Shown: positions 1 to 16,195 of the stretch, in pieces
How positions within the stretch are numbered: position 1 is the stretch's first letter
How the letters are laid out: each line of letters begins with the position of its first letter
Assembly (NCBI GenBank): GCA_002269645.1
Contig: NIVC01001917.1
Span: 124,001 to 188,000 of the forward strand
Source of the DNA: Macrostomum lignano
Taxonomy: Eukaryota
DNA length: 64,000 nucleotides
Reading direction: 5' to 3'
Translations under genes and position numbers: made by a program
The notes under the pieces: generated by a model
Database searches by the model: none
The model's input: the letters and a program-made list of their open reading frames with translations, nothing else
Told to the model about the DNA's origin: nothing

Positions 1-230
1 AAGTGTACATGCCTAACGATAAATACAGTTAGGGCCGCTGTACACTCCTGTGTGTGTGTGCCTGTGCGTATGACTGCGTACGTATCTGCGCGCTTGTGTG
101 CCTGCTCAGGGGAGTCGGCGGAACGGCAGTAATGCCTCTCGCCGGTTGTGTGACAATGTTGCTTAAAGTGCGCCAGGGTGCACACAGCCCCCTGCCCCAA
201 ATAAAAAATAGGTCGTACACCCTTAACCTT
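1..230 (+). mobile_element. 3' part of tRNA-derived SINE family A (cut by the window edge)
   Basis: Near-identical to 32360-32580 (+) and to the reverse complement of 41330-41540. Confidence 0.75.
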
Positions 231-1039
231 ACTTTCTCATTAGCTTCAGAAGCGCGGCTCCATTATTTAGTAAACAAAACCAGTCAAAGTTTAGTCGTAG
301 TTAGAAAAAAATTGACTACTCAACAGTGCAATATATTATTAGTATAGATAGCTCTTGTAGATATGCGATGCAGAAATATCCACCTATCCACTTAATTGAT
401 GCTGCTTTATTGTATCCATATGAATTGCATAATTTTTGCACCTGTGTTAGGCAGCTGTGCAGACAGACTAGCTATTGATGCAGTTTTAGTCACGTCACAT
501 AACAGAATCTCGTTGAACTTTCTGAGACAAATTGCACTTGTACCCTCCCCCTTAAATTATTTTATTAATTACCTGTTATTTTAAATGAATGAAATTATAT
601 TCAAACAAGCAGTTTCTATGCGGAAGACTCGACATTTTCCATATCGCATGCTGGCAGTATTAATTATTTATTCGACCTAATAAAAATTGAAAAGAATTAA
701 TCCAAGTACTAGAAATCAATAAAACGCTGGTTAAAAAGAAATTTCTTAGCCAGAAAAGATTTTGCAAAATCAAGACCCTAAGAAAACTAATTGGTACAGT
801 AAAATTCTGAATAAAACATTGTCTCGCACTACTAAAAGTAGAATGGGCGAGTGGAATGTGCAACACGCCTGTTTTAAATCAGAAAATCAAATTAAGTCAG
901 GTATGTTATTGATTGTAAAGCAATAAAAATATTGAAAATCAATGTCAAGGCAATCAAGGCGATTCGAATCAGAATCTGAATTTTAAGCAAAAATCAATTA
1001 AGTTATCAGTATTCATATTTGCTGTGTTTCTCAAATTTC

Positions 1040-1600
1040 TCATAGAAATCTAGAGGGCAATTCCTCATAGAAATCTAGAGGGCGATATCTCATAGAAATC
1101 TAGAGGGCGATATCTCATACGCTCGTAGAAATCTAGAGGGCAATTCCTCATAGAAATCTAGAGGGCGATATCTCATAGAAATCTAGAGGGCGATATCTTA
1201 TAGAAATCTAGAGGGCGATATCTCATAGAAATCTAGAGGGCGATATCTCATTGAAATCTAGAGGGCGATATCTCATAGAAATCTAGAGGGCAATTCCTCA
1301 TAGAAATCTAGAGGGCGATTTCTCATAGAAATCTAGAGGGCAATTCCTCATAGAAATCTAGAGGGCGATATCTCATTGAAATCTAGAGGGCAATTCCTCA
1401 TAGAAATCTAGAGGGCAATTCCTCATAGAAATCTAGAGGGCAATTCCTCATAGAAATCTAGAGGGCGATATCTCATTGAAATCTAGAAGGCGATATCTTA
1501 TAGAAATCTAAAGGGCGATTTCTCATAGAAATCTAGAGGGCAATTCCTCATAGAAATCTAGAGGGCGATTCCTCATTGAAATCTAGAAGGCGATATTTAG
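1040..1600. repeat. 25-bp minisatellite (tctcatagaaatctagagggcgata)n
   Basis: About 20 tandem units read directly. Confidence 0.95.
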
Positions 1601-1739
1601 CGATCTAGAGAAAAATTTCTTGAATGATTTTAAAAGGCAAATCTTATTATGATTTGAAATAAATTCTTGCAATTTTCAACAGAGTACCAAATAGACACTT
1701 CAGTTTTTAGACACCACAAAAATGTTCTGCTATTAAAAA

Positions 1740-4813
<3,074 letters not shown>

Positions 4814-4827
4814 CTGTTTTCAAGGGT

Positions 4828-4876
<49 letters not shown>
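4828..4876. repeat. (CA)n microsatellite
   Basis: Read directly. Confidence 0.95.
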
Positions 4877-4877
<1 letters not shown>

Positions 4878-5529
4878 GGTAGAATAGAGTTGAACATTAG
4901 CTGGCAGAGAGGTGTATAGAAGAGATAAAACACAAACTGGCTGGTGCAAGACTGACTGTAATTAAAATTAATTGTTATATTTTCGTTTAAAAAAGCGGCA
5001 TTTTTTCGACCTGCTAATATCGGAGAATAAAACTGCTGTATTACTTTACTGAAATGAAAGTACATTTTGTAAGAGAAGTGTCTGAAAAATGTCAACAATT
5101 GTGCAATGGAATAGAGGGAAAAATACTTCCATTTGGAGTGCACTCAATCATACTCAATCAAACAGAAAACTCTACGCGACACTAGTAGCTGAGAGTCGAC
5201 TACTCTTAATCTCCCTTATATCTAACTGGCGAATTTTTTAAACCAAAATGACTGAGAAAAAGGAAGTTATAAAAATAAATATTTCACTCTTTAATAGCAA
5301 TAGCGAGGACCCACACAGATAGGGAACGGCGGCAAGTAATATAAAATCTGATTTTAGATTCTTACTATCTATCTAGTAAGAATATAATTATAAAATCTAA
5401 TTATAGAAAGCAAATGTCGTTAATAAAGGTATAAATTAGGACTATAAAAAGCTTGTCAAAGTAAAAACTTTAGAATCGCTTGGAGCTGACAATCAATTGC
5501 GGTAAAGAAGGGAACGAAAGACGGGAAGT

Positions 5530-7375
5530 GGAAGAGAGGGAGGGGGAGACAGGGAGAGAGGAGAACAGGGAGGGGAAGTCAGGGAGAAGGGAGAACAGGG
5601 AGAGGGGAGAACAGGGAGGGGAAGTCAGGAAGAGGGGAGAACAGAGAGAAGGGAGAACAGGGAGAGGGGAGAACAGGGAGGGGAAGTCAGGGAGAGGGGA
5701 GAACAGGGAGGGGAAGTCAGGAAGAGGGGAGAACAGGGAGGGGAAGACAGGAAGAGGGGAGAACAGGGAGGGGAAGTCAGGGAGAGAGGAGAACAGGGAG
5801 GGGAAGTCAGGAAGAGGGGAGAACAGGGAGGGGAAGTCAGGAAGAGGGGAGAACAGGGAGGGGAAGTCAGGGAGAGGGGAGAACAGGGAGAGGGGAGAAC
5901 AGGGAGGGGAAGTCAGGAAGAGGGGAGAACAGAGAGAAGGGAGAACAGGGAGAGGGGAGAACAGGGAGGGGAAGTCAGGAAGAGGGGAGAACAGGGAGGG
6001 GAAGTCAGGGAGAGGGGAGAACAGGGAGAGGGGAGAACAGGGAGGGGAAGTCAGGGAGAGAGGAGAACAGGGAGGGGAAGTCAGGAAGAGGGGAGAACAG
6101 GGAGGGGAAGTCAGGAAGAGGGGAGAACAGGGAGGGGAAGTCAGGGAGAGGGGAGAACAGGGAGAGGGGAGAACAGGGAGGGGAAGTCAGGAAGAGGGGA
6201 GAAAAGAGAGAAGGGAGAACAGGGAGAGGGGAGAACAGGGAGGGGAAGTCAGGAAGAGGGGAGAACAGGGAGAAGGGAGAACAGGGAGAGGGGAGAACAG
6301 GGAGGGGAAGTCAGGGAGAGGGGAGAACAGGGAGGGGAAGTCAGGAAGAGGGGAGAACAGGGAGGGGAAGTCAGGAAGAGGGGAGAACAGGGAGGGGAAG
6401 TCAGGGAGAGGGGAGAACAGGGAGGGGAAGACAGGAAGAGGGGAGAACAGGGAGGGGAAGTCAGGGAGAGAGGAGAACAGGGAGGGGAAGTCAGGAAGAG
6501 GGGAGAACAGGGAGAAGGGAGAACAGGGAGAGGGGAGAACAGGGAGGGGAAGTCAGGGAGAGGGAGAACAGGGAGGGGAAGTCAGGAAGAGGGGAGAACA
6601 GGGAGGGGAAGTCAGGAAGAGGGGAGAACAGGGAGGGGAAGTCAGGAAGAGGGGAGAACAGGGAGGGGAAGTCAGGAAGAGGGGAGAACAGGGAGGGGAA
6701 GTCAGGGAGAGGGGAGAACAGGGAGGGGAAGACAGGAAGAGGGGAGAACAGGGAGGGGAAGTCAGGGAGAGAGGAGAACAGGGAGGGGAAGTCAGGAAGA
6801 GGGGAGAACAGGGAGAAGGGAGAACAGGGAGAGGGGAGAACAGGGAGGGGAAGTCAGGAAGAGGGGAGAACAGGGAGGGGAAGTCAGGGAGAGAGGAGAA
6901 CAGGGAGGGGAAGTCAGGAAGAGGGGAGAACAGGGAGAAGGGAGAACAGGGAGAGGGGAGAACAGGGAGGGGAAGTCAGGAAGAGGGGAGAACAGGGAGG
7001 GGAAGTCAGGAAGAGGGGAGAACAGGGAGGGGAAGTCAGGGAGAGAGGAGAACAGGGAGGGGAAGTCAGGAAGAGGGGAGAACAGGGAGAAGGGAGAACA
7101 GGGAGAGGGGAGAACAGGGAGGGGAAGTCAGGGAGAGGGGAGAACAGGGAGGGGAAGTCAGGAAGAGGGGAGAACAGGGAGGGGAAGTCAGGGAGAGAGG
7201 AGAACAGGGAGGGGAAGTCAGGAAGAGGGGAGAACAGGGAGAAGGGAGAACAGGGAGAGGGGAGAACAGGGAGGGGAAGTCAGGAAGAGGGGAGAACAGG
7301 GAGGGGAAGTCAGGGAGAGGGGAGAACAGGGAGGGGAAGTCAGGGAGAGGGAAACAGGGGGAGGGGACGGTGAGA
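5530..7375. repeat. Purine-rich 30-bp (15-bp subunit) satellite gagaacagggaggggaagtcaggaagaggg
   Basis: About 1.85 kb, almost all G/A on the + strand; source of the 639-aa artefact ORF. Confidence 0.95.
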
Positions 7376-7799
7376 AAGGGCAACAAAAATCTAAACTAGC
7401 CAGTAAAAATCAAGATTCGCGCCCTCATTCTGGCCGTATGAATAAATAAATGACATAAAAATACAAGCCAAAAAGCTACTGCCGCTGTGCGAAGATTATG
7501 CTTTCATCAATATGCGCAATGGAGCATTCATTCTTACTGAGGGGGAGTGGACAAAATACGCAATAGAGATGAATAAACTTGGCAAAAATAAATACAATAG
7601 AGGAGATTTATTAAAAAGGTTATTTTAGTCAGTACCTAAGCTGTGCAAAGAATGATCTGTCAGTACAAAGCGAACTCTGACTTGTCAAGCGAGAGAACAG
7701 GGCGAGCTCTGAAGTGAAACACTACTCTGGAGTCTAAAGCGGAGGATTGGGGGGAGGGGGTGGGAGATGCAGCACGCATGGAATACTGCTGAGCCGTGG

Positions 7800-10700
7800 C
7801 TACCAATAGGGCGGCTGCTGATGCTGATAGGCCGCTGTGTGGGGCGGCAATGGGCCGGGCCAAGCGGCTCCGGGCGGCACGCCGAATTGAATATAATAGC
7901 CAGCGCCGACAGGTGAATAGGGATACACCTGTGGCTGCTGCTGCTGATGCTGCTGACTCTGCGCCATCATCTGAAGGCGAACCGGTATCTGTGTCGCCAG
8001 TTGAGCATAGCCTTGATTATGATGATGATGTTGATGACGAGGCTGCTGTTGTTGTTGAGGCGGCGAGAAATAGCGAGTTACATTCGGCTGCGGAAACTGC
8101 AACAAGTGATGCAACTGCGGTGGAAACTGCTGCGCCGGATGCGGCTGCTGCCGAGCCTGAGTTGGCACCGGCGACTGCGGCGACTGTGGAGCAGCAGCAG
8201 TGGCAGCCTCCGACGATCCGGCGCCGGATGACGCCGCCTCCAGATCGATGAGCTTCAATTGGCGCTGCAGTTCGTCTAGCGGAGTCCGGACAGGCGACAG
8301 CAGGTCGGCCTGACGCTGATCCCGGCCGCAGTCCCGGCCAGCGTGACCGATCCGGCCGCAGCGCTGGCAGCCGCGATCTCTCGGCTCGTCCTGCGGTCGC
8401 AAATCGGCGGACAATAGCGGCCCGTTAATCTGGTGAGGCCTGGCCCGGCCGCAGGAGCGGGCCAGAGCGTTGCGGAATGTGGTGAGAATGAACCAGGCCA
8501 TCTTTTTAGTCATGCCGCTGGCCAGGTTGTGACTCAGATCGAACGGATCTTCAATCGCTAGCGGAGTTGTCCACAGCTTCTCCTGGCGGGGCAGCGGCCG
8601 TGACTGCCTGATAGTGACCACGCTGGTTGCCCAGTCAAAGTACAAGCAGTGATGCAAGAAGCCTAGCCACAATTCGCCCAGGCTTTTCCTACAGGCCGGC
8701 TTCCAGTGTCGGGAAATTTCTGCTGGATCCTCCTGAAACCAGGCGTTCCAGCCGTCTATGAGCAGCTCGGGCCGGCGGGAGCCGCTGTGCAGCTCCTGCA
8801 GGCAGGGCAGCACGCCCTCCGACTGCAGGTAGTGGATGAGCAGGATTAGATAGGCATAGGACGACAGGCTGCCACGGCTGGCATCACCGATGCTGCACAG
8901 TCTGGCCAGAGTCTGCGGGGGCATTTATATGACAGTCAGAGTGCGTGACTGACCATTGTGTGACTGTCACCATATGACTAACCATTGTGTGACTGTCACC
9001 ATGTGTGACTGTCACCATGCGTGACTAACCATTGTGTGACTGTCACCATGTGTGACTAGCTATTGTGACTGTCACCATGTGACTAACCATTTTGTGACTG
9101 TCACCATGTGACTAACCATTGTGTGACTGTCACCATGTGACTAACCATTGTGTGACTGTCACCATGTGTGCTAACCATTGTGTGACTGTCATCATGTGTG
9201 ACTAGCTATTGTGACTGTCACCATGTGTGACTAACTATTGTGTGACTGTCACCATGTGTGCTAACCATTGTGTGACTGTCACCATGTGGGACTAGCTATT
9301 GTGACTGTCACCATGTGTGACTAACGATTGTGTGACTGTCACCATGTGTGCTAACCATTGTGTGACTGTCACCATTTGCGTGACTAATAATGGGACTTAT
9401 ACATGTGATATATAGGTTTAAATATAGCATGCCAGATTACAAATAACATGGGAGAACATTGTGCACACTATAACAGTGACAATGACCTCGTCCCCTCTCC
9501 TGCAAATGACGATTTGAAAATTTAAGACTCAGCTTACTATTCGTAAAACTTTGCAGGTATAAAACTAGCTAAAACTGTTATCTAAGAACATTACCGATAA
9601 GAATATAAGATATTTCATTTTGCCTGCCTTGCTAAGCCAAACTAAAATGACAGGAACGAGAAGAAAGCGAGGTTTCGAACGAGAGGTCAATACTGTTGAA
9701 ATTAACTGTTGGTAGGGCCATCTGATTCACATGAAGAGAGTAAGGGCCATCTGATTCACATGAAGAGAGTAAGGGCCATCTGATTCACATGAAGAGAGTA
9801 AGGGCCATCTGATTCACATGAAGAGAGTAAGGGCCATCTGATTCACATGAAGAGAGTAAGGGCCATCTGATTCACATGAAGAGAGTAAGGGCCATCTGAT
9901 TCACATGAAGAGAGTAAGGGCCATCTGATTCACATGAAGAGAGTAAGGGCCATCTGATTCACATGAAGAGAGTAAGGGCCATCTGATTCACATGAAGAGA
10001 GTAAGGGCCATCTGATTCACCTGAAGAGGGTAGGGGCCATCTGAGGATCCACTTGAAGAGGAACTAGAGGCCAACAGTTATGAATAAACACGAACCTTGA
10101 CAGCATAGCCCAGTGGCCGGACCCTCTGGTCCAGAGCGGCATAGGCCCTGAGCATGCGGGTATTGTGCACAGCCAGCAGATTGTACAAGCTCAAATCGCC
10201 TTCCATATCGAAGCGTCGGTGCTTAAATTTAACAATAGGCACTTTGGCGCTGTGTACGGGTAGCACAGAGTCGTAATTGCCGCCAGGCGCTCCTTTCAAT
10301 ATGGCGGCCACCCGATCTATCAGGCCGGGCGCAACAAGGCGCGGCGGCAGGGCGGATGGGCTGGAGTACTCAGAGAACGTCAGGCACATGTCCAGGTCGC
10401 TGTCCCGAAACGCGAATCCGTTGCAGCAGGAGCCGAACAGTTCCAGACAGCAGGTCACGCCAGTCAGATGGACTCGAAGTAGGCCCAGAATCTCTCGCCG
10501 AACATTCTCTCGCCTATTCTCTTCCTCGGGCGTGGCGGCCAGCTCATCCGGAAGCGACATCAACGCTTTGCCTAGCCAGTGAAGCCTCTGCTGCGAAGTT
10601 TGCAGATGCCAAGAAGCGGCAGCGGCGGCGGCGGCGGCAACAGCGGCGGCGGCGGGCCCGGTAGCTGAGGATGGCACAGGCAGCTCATATAAACCGCAGG

Positions 10701-13700
10701 TGTCGCGCAGGTGACCAGAGCCTCGGCAGGCGGAACATTTCAACGGTGGATCAACAGCCAGAGTGCAACGACCCTTTGTCAGAGCGGTGAATCGCAGGGC
10801 GGACTTGGGCACCGAGTTCACCAGGGCCCGGTTGTAGTAGCCAGGATCTTCGCTGTCAACAATGGCTCGGCACTCAGTACTAGCTGGCTTGGTCAGCTTT
10901 ACTTTTTCGCTGTCTTGTTCAACATCTGCGACGACCGCTGCTCCGTCTTCAGCGTCGTTGTCTTCATCGTCAGCAAAGTCCGCCTCCGCCCTCGTACTGG
11001 CAACGTTATTCTCGGCATCAACAAGCTCTCTATTGCCATCTCCATTATCAACCTCTTCACTGTCAGCTTCAAAATCTGCGTCTCCATCATTGTCTTTGAT
11101 GTCATCAGTTTCATCAGCTACTTTGACTTCAGGTTCTTTGTCATCAGCTTCCGTGCTATTACCTTTTTTGTCCTCAGCACCTCTCCCGTCAGTTTCTCCG
11201 CAATGGGCAGGCTCGCCACCGCCATCCGCTCTGGTTTTGACTTCGGCGGCGACCGTCGCCCAGCGGCCCCATTCAAAAGCGGCAGCTTCCTCCTCCTCTT
11301 TGCTGATAACAACGCGCAGGACGCAGCTGCTAGTGTCGTTGCTGCCGCTGCCAGCACATTCGGGTGCATCGGCGGTGGCAGCAAGTCGCAGCCGGCCGTA
11401 CACTGGGCCCCGAGCAGTTCGAGGCACAGCAAAATAGGCGAAAGCGGCCCGCAGCTGAGTCAGGGTGTAATCAATGAGCTCAACAGTGGCTGCGGCTCGT
11501 GTTAAATTGCACCTAGGCTGGAACGGATCCTCGATATTAATTGGCCTAGGCGGCCAGTCCTTGTCAGAGCAGGTCAGGGCAGACGGCTCCGAGCTGGTCA
11601 CTGTGACAACTGCGGTCTCCCGGCCGGGCATGGAATAGTAGCGCAGCAGGTCCACCCACTGCCGGCCGAGGCCTTCGCTGCCGCAGACGCCGGCTCCGAC
11701 GCCGCGCGGTCGGCGCCAGATTCCGTCTAAACGACCGTCGGCCCTAGCGGCGTCCAGATACACTAGGCGAACTCCGTCCTCGCCGACGCCTTCAACTCGG
11801 CCCAGATGAGGCGGCGCAGTCTCAGCTAGGCGATTGAGCACAGGCAGGTGGCCAGTAAGCTGCATGTAGTGCACAACCATCAGATCGAAGGCGTGCGGCG
11901 GCAGAGTGCCGTTCCGCTCCGGAGAGGCCAGGCCAGCCCTCCCAGCTACTAAGCGTAGGGCCAAACAGAGCCGACGGCATCGGCGCCTGAGGCCCGAGTA
12001 GGCGCCAATAAGGCGAGCAACTGAGGCCCTGTGAAATTTGTGCACGCCAGTGTGTTGGGCCATTGTTAACACAAATCTTAACTTCCTCTGTGAAATGTGT
12101 CTATGCCAGTGTGTTGGGCCATTGTTAACTCAAATCTTAACTTCCTCTGTGAAATGTGTCTATGCCAGTGTGTTGGGCCATTGTTAACACAAATCTTAAC
12201 TTCCTCTGTGAAATGTGTCTATGCCAGTGTGTTGGGCCATTGTTAACACAAATCTTAACTTCCTCTGTGAAATGTGTCTATGCCAGTGTGTTGGGCCATT
12301 GTTAACTCAAATCTTAACTTCCTCTGTGAAATGTGTCTATGCCAGTGTGTTGGGCCATTGTTAACTCAAATCTTAACTTCCTCTGTGAAATGTGTCTATG
12401 CCAGTGTGTTGGGCCATTGTTAAAACAAATCTTAACTTCCTCTGTGAAATGTGTCTATGCCAGTGTGTTGGGCCATTGTTAACACAAATCTTAACTTCCT
12501 TCCTAATCTGAACGGTCCGTTGGATTTATACCGGCATCATCCGGCCCAGTATCACATACGCGAGTCTCATCTGGACTAGCGTGCTGGAGCAGAAGGCCGC
12601 CCGTCAGCGGCTGTACCAGCTTCAGGGCAGCATTTGCCGTGCCATCACAGGTGCGTACCCGTCCACCCCTTACGAGGGGCTGAACACTATCCTTAACCTA
12701 CCTCCGCTTCACCTATTTATTAGGGCGGAGGCTATGAAGTCTGCCTCCCGGCTTATCAGAGATAAAACGTTAAATAACGCGCCCTCTGGCTTTATGCCAA
12801 TGAAAACATTAATCCCGCATATGGACTTTGTCCGCCGCGACCTTAACAACATCCACATGGACCTGGGCAATGTGGATAGTCGACCTCCCGCCCTCAACAT
12901 CAGGAGGGGCTTCAAGACCGCCATCCCTGGCCGAGACAACATTCCGCTGGATGTCGGTGTGAACCGGCGCAGCCAGGGCATTCACTGCTTCACCGACGGC
13001 TCGCTGTTCAACGGCCGCGCTGGAGCGGGTATTGCCATTTTCCACGAGGGTAAGATGCTTCTCCAGGAAAGTCTGCACCTCGGTGAGAACACCTCAGTTT
13101 TCCAAGCTGAAATTTGCGCCATTGAGCAGTGTGCCCAGCAACTGTTTCAGGCGAACATTAATAATTTTGACATTAATTTCTACACTGATAGCCAAGCTGC
13201 TATTAAGGCCTTAACCACTGAGAATATCTCCGCTGCTACAGTATCTCAATGCCACCGCAGTGTGCAATCTCTCTCAGTCCTTAACAGGATTAGAATTATC
13301 TGGACACCTGGTCACAGCAACATCCTGGGCAACGAGCTCGCGGACTCTCTCGCCAAGGAGGGCAGCAACCCAGACGGCAACCACCGTCTGATGAGGCTAC
13401 CCACCCCCAGGTCGCAAGTCACCCGCCATATCAACAGGTGGCTCCATCAGCAGCACCAGCTCCACTGGAACAGCTGCACCGAGTACAGGCAGAGCCGCTC
13501 TGCCATGCCTAACCTGAACAGGAAAGTCTCTGATTATCTGATTTCGCTTAACAAAACCGACCTCAGGGAGATGTGCATGGTCCTAACCGGCCACGGATTC
13601 TTCCAGAGACATATATCGTTGCAAACCGGTTGCCCTCCCACCTGTCCCTTCTGTGGCATAGGAGAGGAGACCGCGGAGCATCACGTCACCTTCTGCCCTT

Positions 13701-16195
13701 ACTTCAACAAGGCGCGGCACAAATACCTCGGCCACCCCCAGCGGATGGACGAGCTGACCACCGCGGACAATATCCGAGACCTCCGCGCCTTCGTCCGGGA
13801 CTCCGGCCGGATGAGGGTCGCCGATGCCTCCACTGCGGACCTGCCGACTACTGGCGGGGACTGGGCGCACCCCCAAGGCTAATCCTTGTGCTCTTTTACC
13901 TTGGGGTTGCGATAGGGGCCTCGCGGCCTATTCGCGGCGCCTGCGCCCCCCGTCAGTAGTAAGTAAGTAAGTAAGTAACTTCCTCTGTGAAATGTGTCTA
14001 TGCCAGTGTTGTCGGGCCATTGTTAACTCAAATCTTAACTTCCTCTGTGAAATGTGTCTATGCCAGTGTGTTGGGCCATTGTTAACACAAATCTTAACTT
14101 CCTCTGTGAAATGTGTCTATGCCAGTGTGTTGGGCCATTGTTAACACAAATCTTAACTTCCTCTGTGAAATGTGTCTATGCCAGTGTTGTCGGGCCTTTG
14201 TTAACACAAATCTTAACTTCCTCTGTGAAATGTGTCTATGCCAGTGTTGTCGGGCCTTTGTTAACACAAATCTTAACTTCCTCTGTGAAATGTGTCTATG
14301 CCAGTGTGTTGGGCCATTGTTAACTCAAATCTTAACTTCCTCTGTGAAATGTGTCTATGCCAGTGTGTTGGGCCATTGTTAACACAAATCTTAACTTCCT
14401 CTGTGAAATGTGTCTGAAGGTTAAAAAAGCCATGCTTGAAAGACAATTGGACCAATTCATATTAATCTGGATTTATACCTGGCCAGACTGGAGGCGCACA
14501 GGAAGCGATAGGCAACGCCAGCCCGATCGCTACAGACGATGCCCGGCATGGCCAGGTCCGGTTGAATAACGGCGAAGCAGCCTTTGCGGTGCAGCGCCGA
14601 TAAGCACAGGTCGAATGCGTCCTGGCGCTGTCGCAGGTTCAACACTAGGCAGACGTTGACGTCGCTGCGGGCGGTGGAGAGGCCGCTAGCCAGGCTGCCG
14701 CACAGGTTGGCGCTGATGGCGCCAGGAGCGGCGGCCAACACGGCTGCCATGGCGACTTCGGCTAGTTGGCGACGTCTGGCAGCCTCGGCGGGGTCCAAGG
14801 CGGCCGTGTCAGCTAGGGCTGCCAGCTGGTCGCCAAGCGCCGCGGCATGGTCTGGCGTCGGCTCCGGCAGAAGGCTGGCCAGGCGGCCAAGCCGGGTAGC
14901 GTCGGATTTGACGCGATGCCGCTGGTCCCTGGCGTGCTGCCAGCACTTCGGCAGGGAGTCGCAGTGATAGTCGCAGGCCCGGCAGTGGTACTTGGCCCGC
15001 GGGAATCTGTCCGACACTCTAGGCAGAGGATAAATAGCCTCGGCCTCCAATTCGTCCAACTCGGCGTCTGTTGGACAGCCAGCGTCCAATGGCGCGCGAG
15101 CATTCTTAGTTGCACAGTGAGGCGCCGGTCTCGCCTGCAGATAAGTAAATTTGTAAATTACAGTAACAATTTGAGATACTATGTCAGAACAATGGAAAAG
15201 TATGAAAGTAAGAGGACCATTAACGAAATAAAACTTTCATGTGCTATGTATCATTTTTAATCAAGGCAGTGACTGCTGTCTATGGCTTGATTGAAACAAT
15301 AGTCACAGGCCTTTAATTCTGACAGCAGACACCAATTTTGCCATAGAAATTTAGTCTATGACTTAGTCATAACAAACAACTTTGAACATTAGGCACTGCA
15401 GCACAAATGGAAGTTTTATTCAACTATTTGCATTGAAGTTTTGAATTTTAAGCAAAATGGCAAGACATTTTAATATGCAACAATGACAAGAAAAAGAGAT
15501 CTAGTTCTAGTCAAAAAGGATTGGTAGAGAAGTAAACTTATGAGTGACACTTATGATTTTATATTTTAAGCAAGTTATTTCACATAATACTTTTATACAT
15601 TGATATTGAAGAAAGATGTTACACTTTACCTAAAGGGCAGCCATGATACAAACTTACTCAGTAGATGAACAACCATTTGCTAGCTATAATAGCAGATAAT
15701 AACAATCATATTGCTAAAGTTTCATAATGCTTAAGCCAAGTTCAATAGCATATTGGAAATTGTTGGCATTTTAACCATCTCAAAAATATAGATAGCTACC
15801 TTTTTATATTTAAAAATGTGTGTACTTTCAAAATGTGTTTAGTTTAATGAAATATCATAGGATATCTTTGAACTAAATTTAATTATTATAATACATTTTA
15901 TAAATAATTCATTGTTTATTCATTATTGTTTAATCTTTATTGCTTTAATTTAAAAAAAATTCTATAACAAAATAGTCCAATGGCTAAATTGGAGTCTGCT
16001 ATTATGATTAAATGCATGTGTCCTATGATAATTATTTCAATTAAGCCATTGGAAATATCTATGACAATAGTTGCTATTTTGATAGGCAAAACTATATTAA
16101 AATTGAAATGCTATTATCTTTGATATAAAATTTTAAGAACAATATTTAATGGATATATACCATCGTCCCACCTTTGAAGACGACAGCGTCTTCAT
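7800..16195 (-). CDS. TUT4/7: Terminal uridylyltransferase TUT4/TUT7 (ZCCHC11/ZCCHC6)-like; exons 16195-16172 (tentative), 15134-14479, 12028-10096, 8912-7800
   Basis: C2H2 finger [23 protein letters not shown]; pseudo-NTase [16 protein letters not shown]; PAP-associated [11 protein letters not shown]; [18 protein letters not shown]; active NTase [20 protein letters not shown]...GDLSL; [11 protein letters not shown]; [18 protein letters not shown]. Splice phases join cleanly (AG|gtataa...tttcacag|G; AAG|gttcgt...cgcag|ACT). Confidence 0.93.
8945..9385. repeat. ~26-30-bp degenerate minisatellite (ccattgtgtgactgtcaccatgtgtgactaa), TUT intron
   Basis: Read directly. Confidence 0.9.
9716..10030. 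repeat. 29-bp minisatellite (agggccatctgattcacatgaagagagta)n, TUT intron
   Basis: About 10 near-perfect units. Confidence 0.95.
12030..14415. repeat. 59-bp minisatellite (cttcctctgtgaaatgtgtctatgccagtgtgttgggccattgttaacacaaatcttaa)n, split by a LINE
   Basis: About 8 units at 12030-12500 and about 7 at 13976-14415. Confidence 0.95.
12501..13975 (+). mobile_element. 5'-truncated non-LTR retrotransposon with RNase H (LOA/R1/I group), (GTAA)n tail, 9-bp TSD
   Basis: [18 protein letters not shown]; RNase H FTDGS...[10 protein letters not shown]...FYTDSQAA...[18 protein letters not shown]; C-terminal [28 protein letters not shown] at 12492-12500 and 13976-13984. RT core absent. Confidence 0.93.

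Noticed and set aside
5480-7399. 639-aa G/E/R-rich ORF
   Set aside because: Translation of a purine satellite that lacks stops by composition; no splice or domain support.
9716-10030. CRISPR-like regular repeats (also the other arrays)
   Set aside because: Head-to-tail units without unique spacers, no cas genes, and a eukaryotic context.
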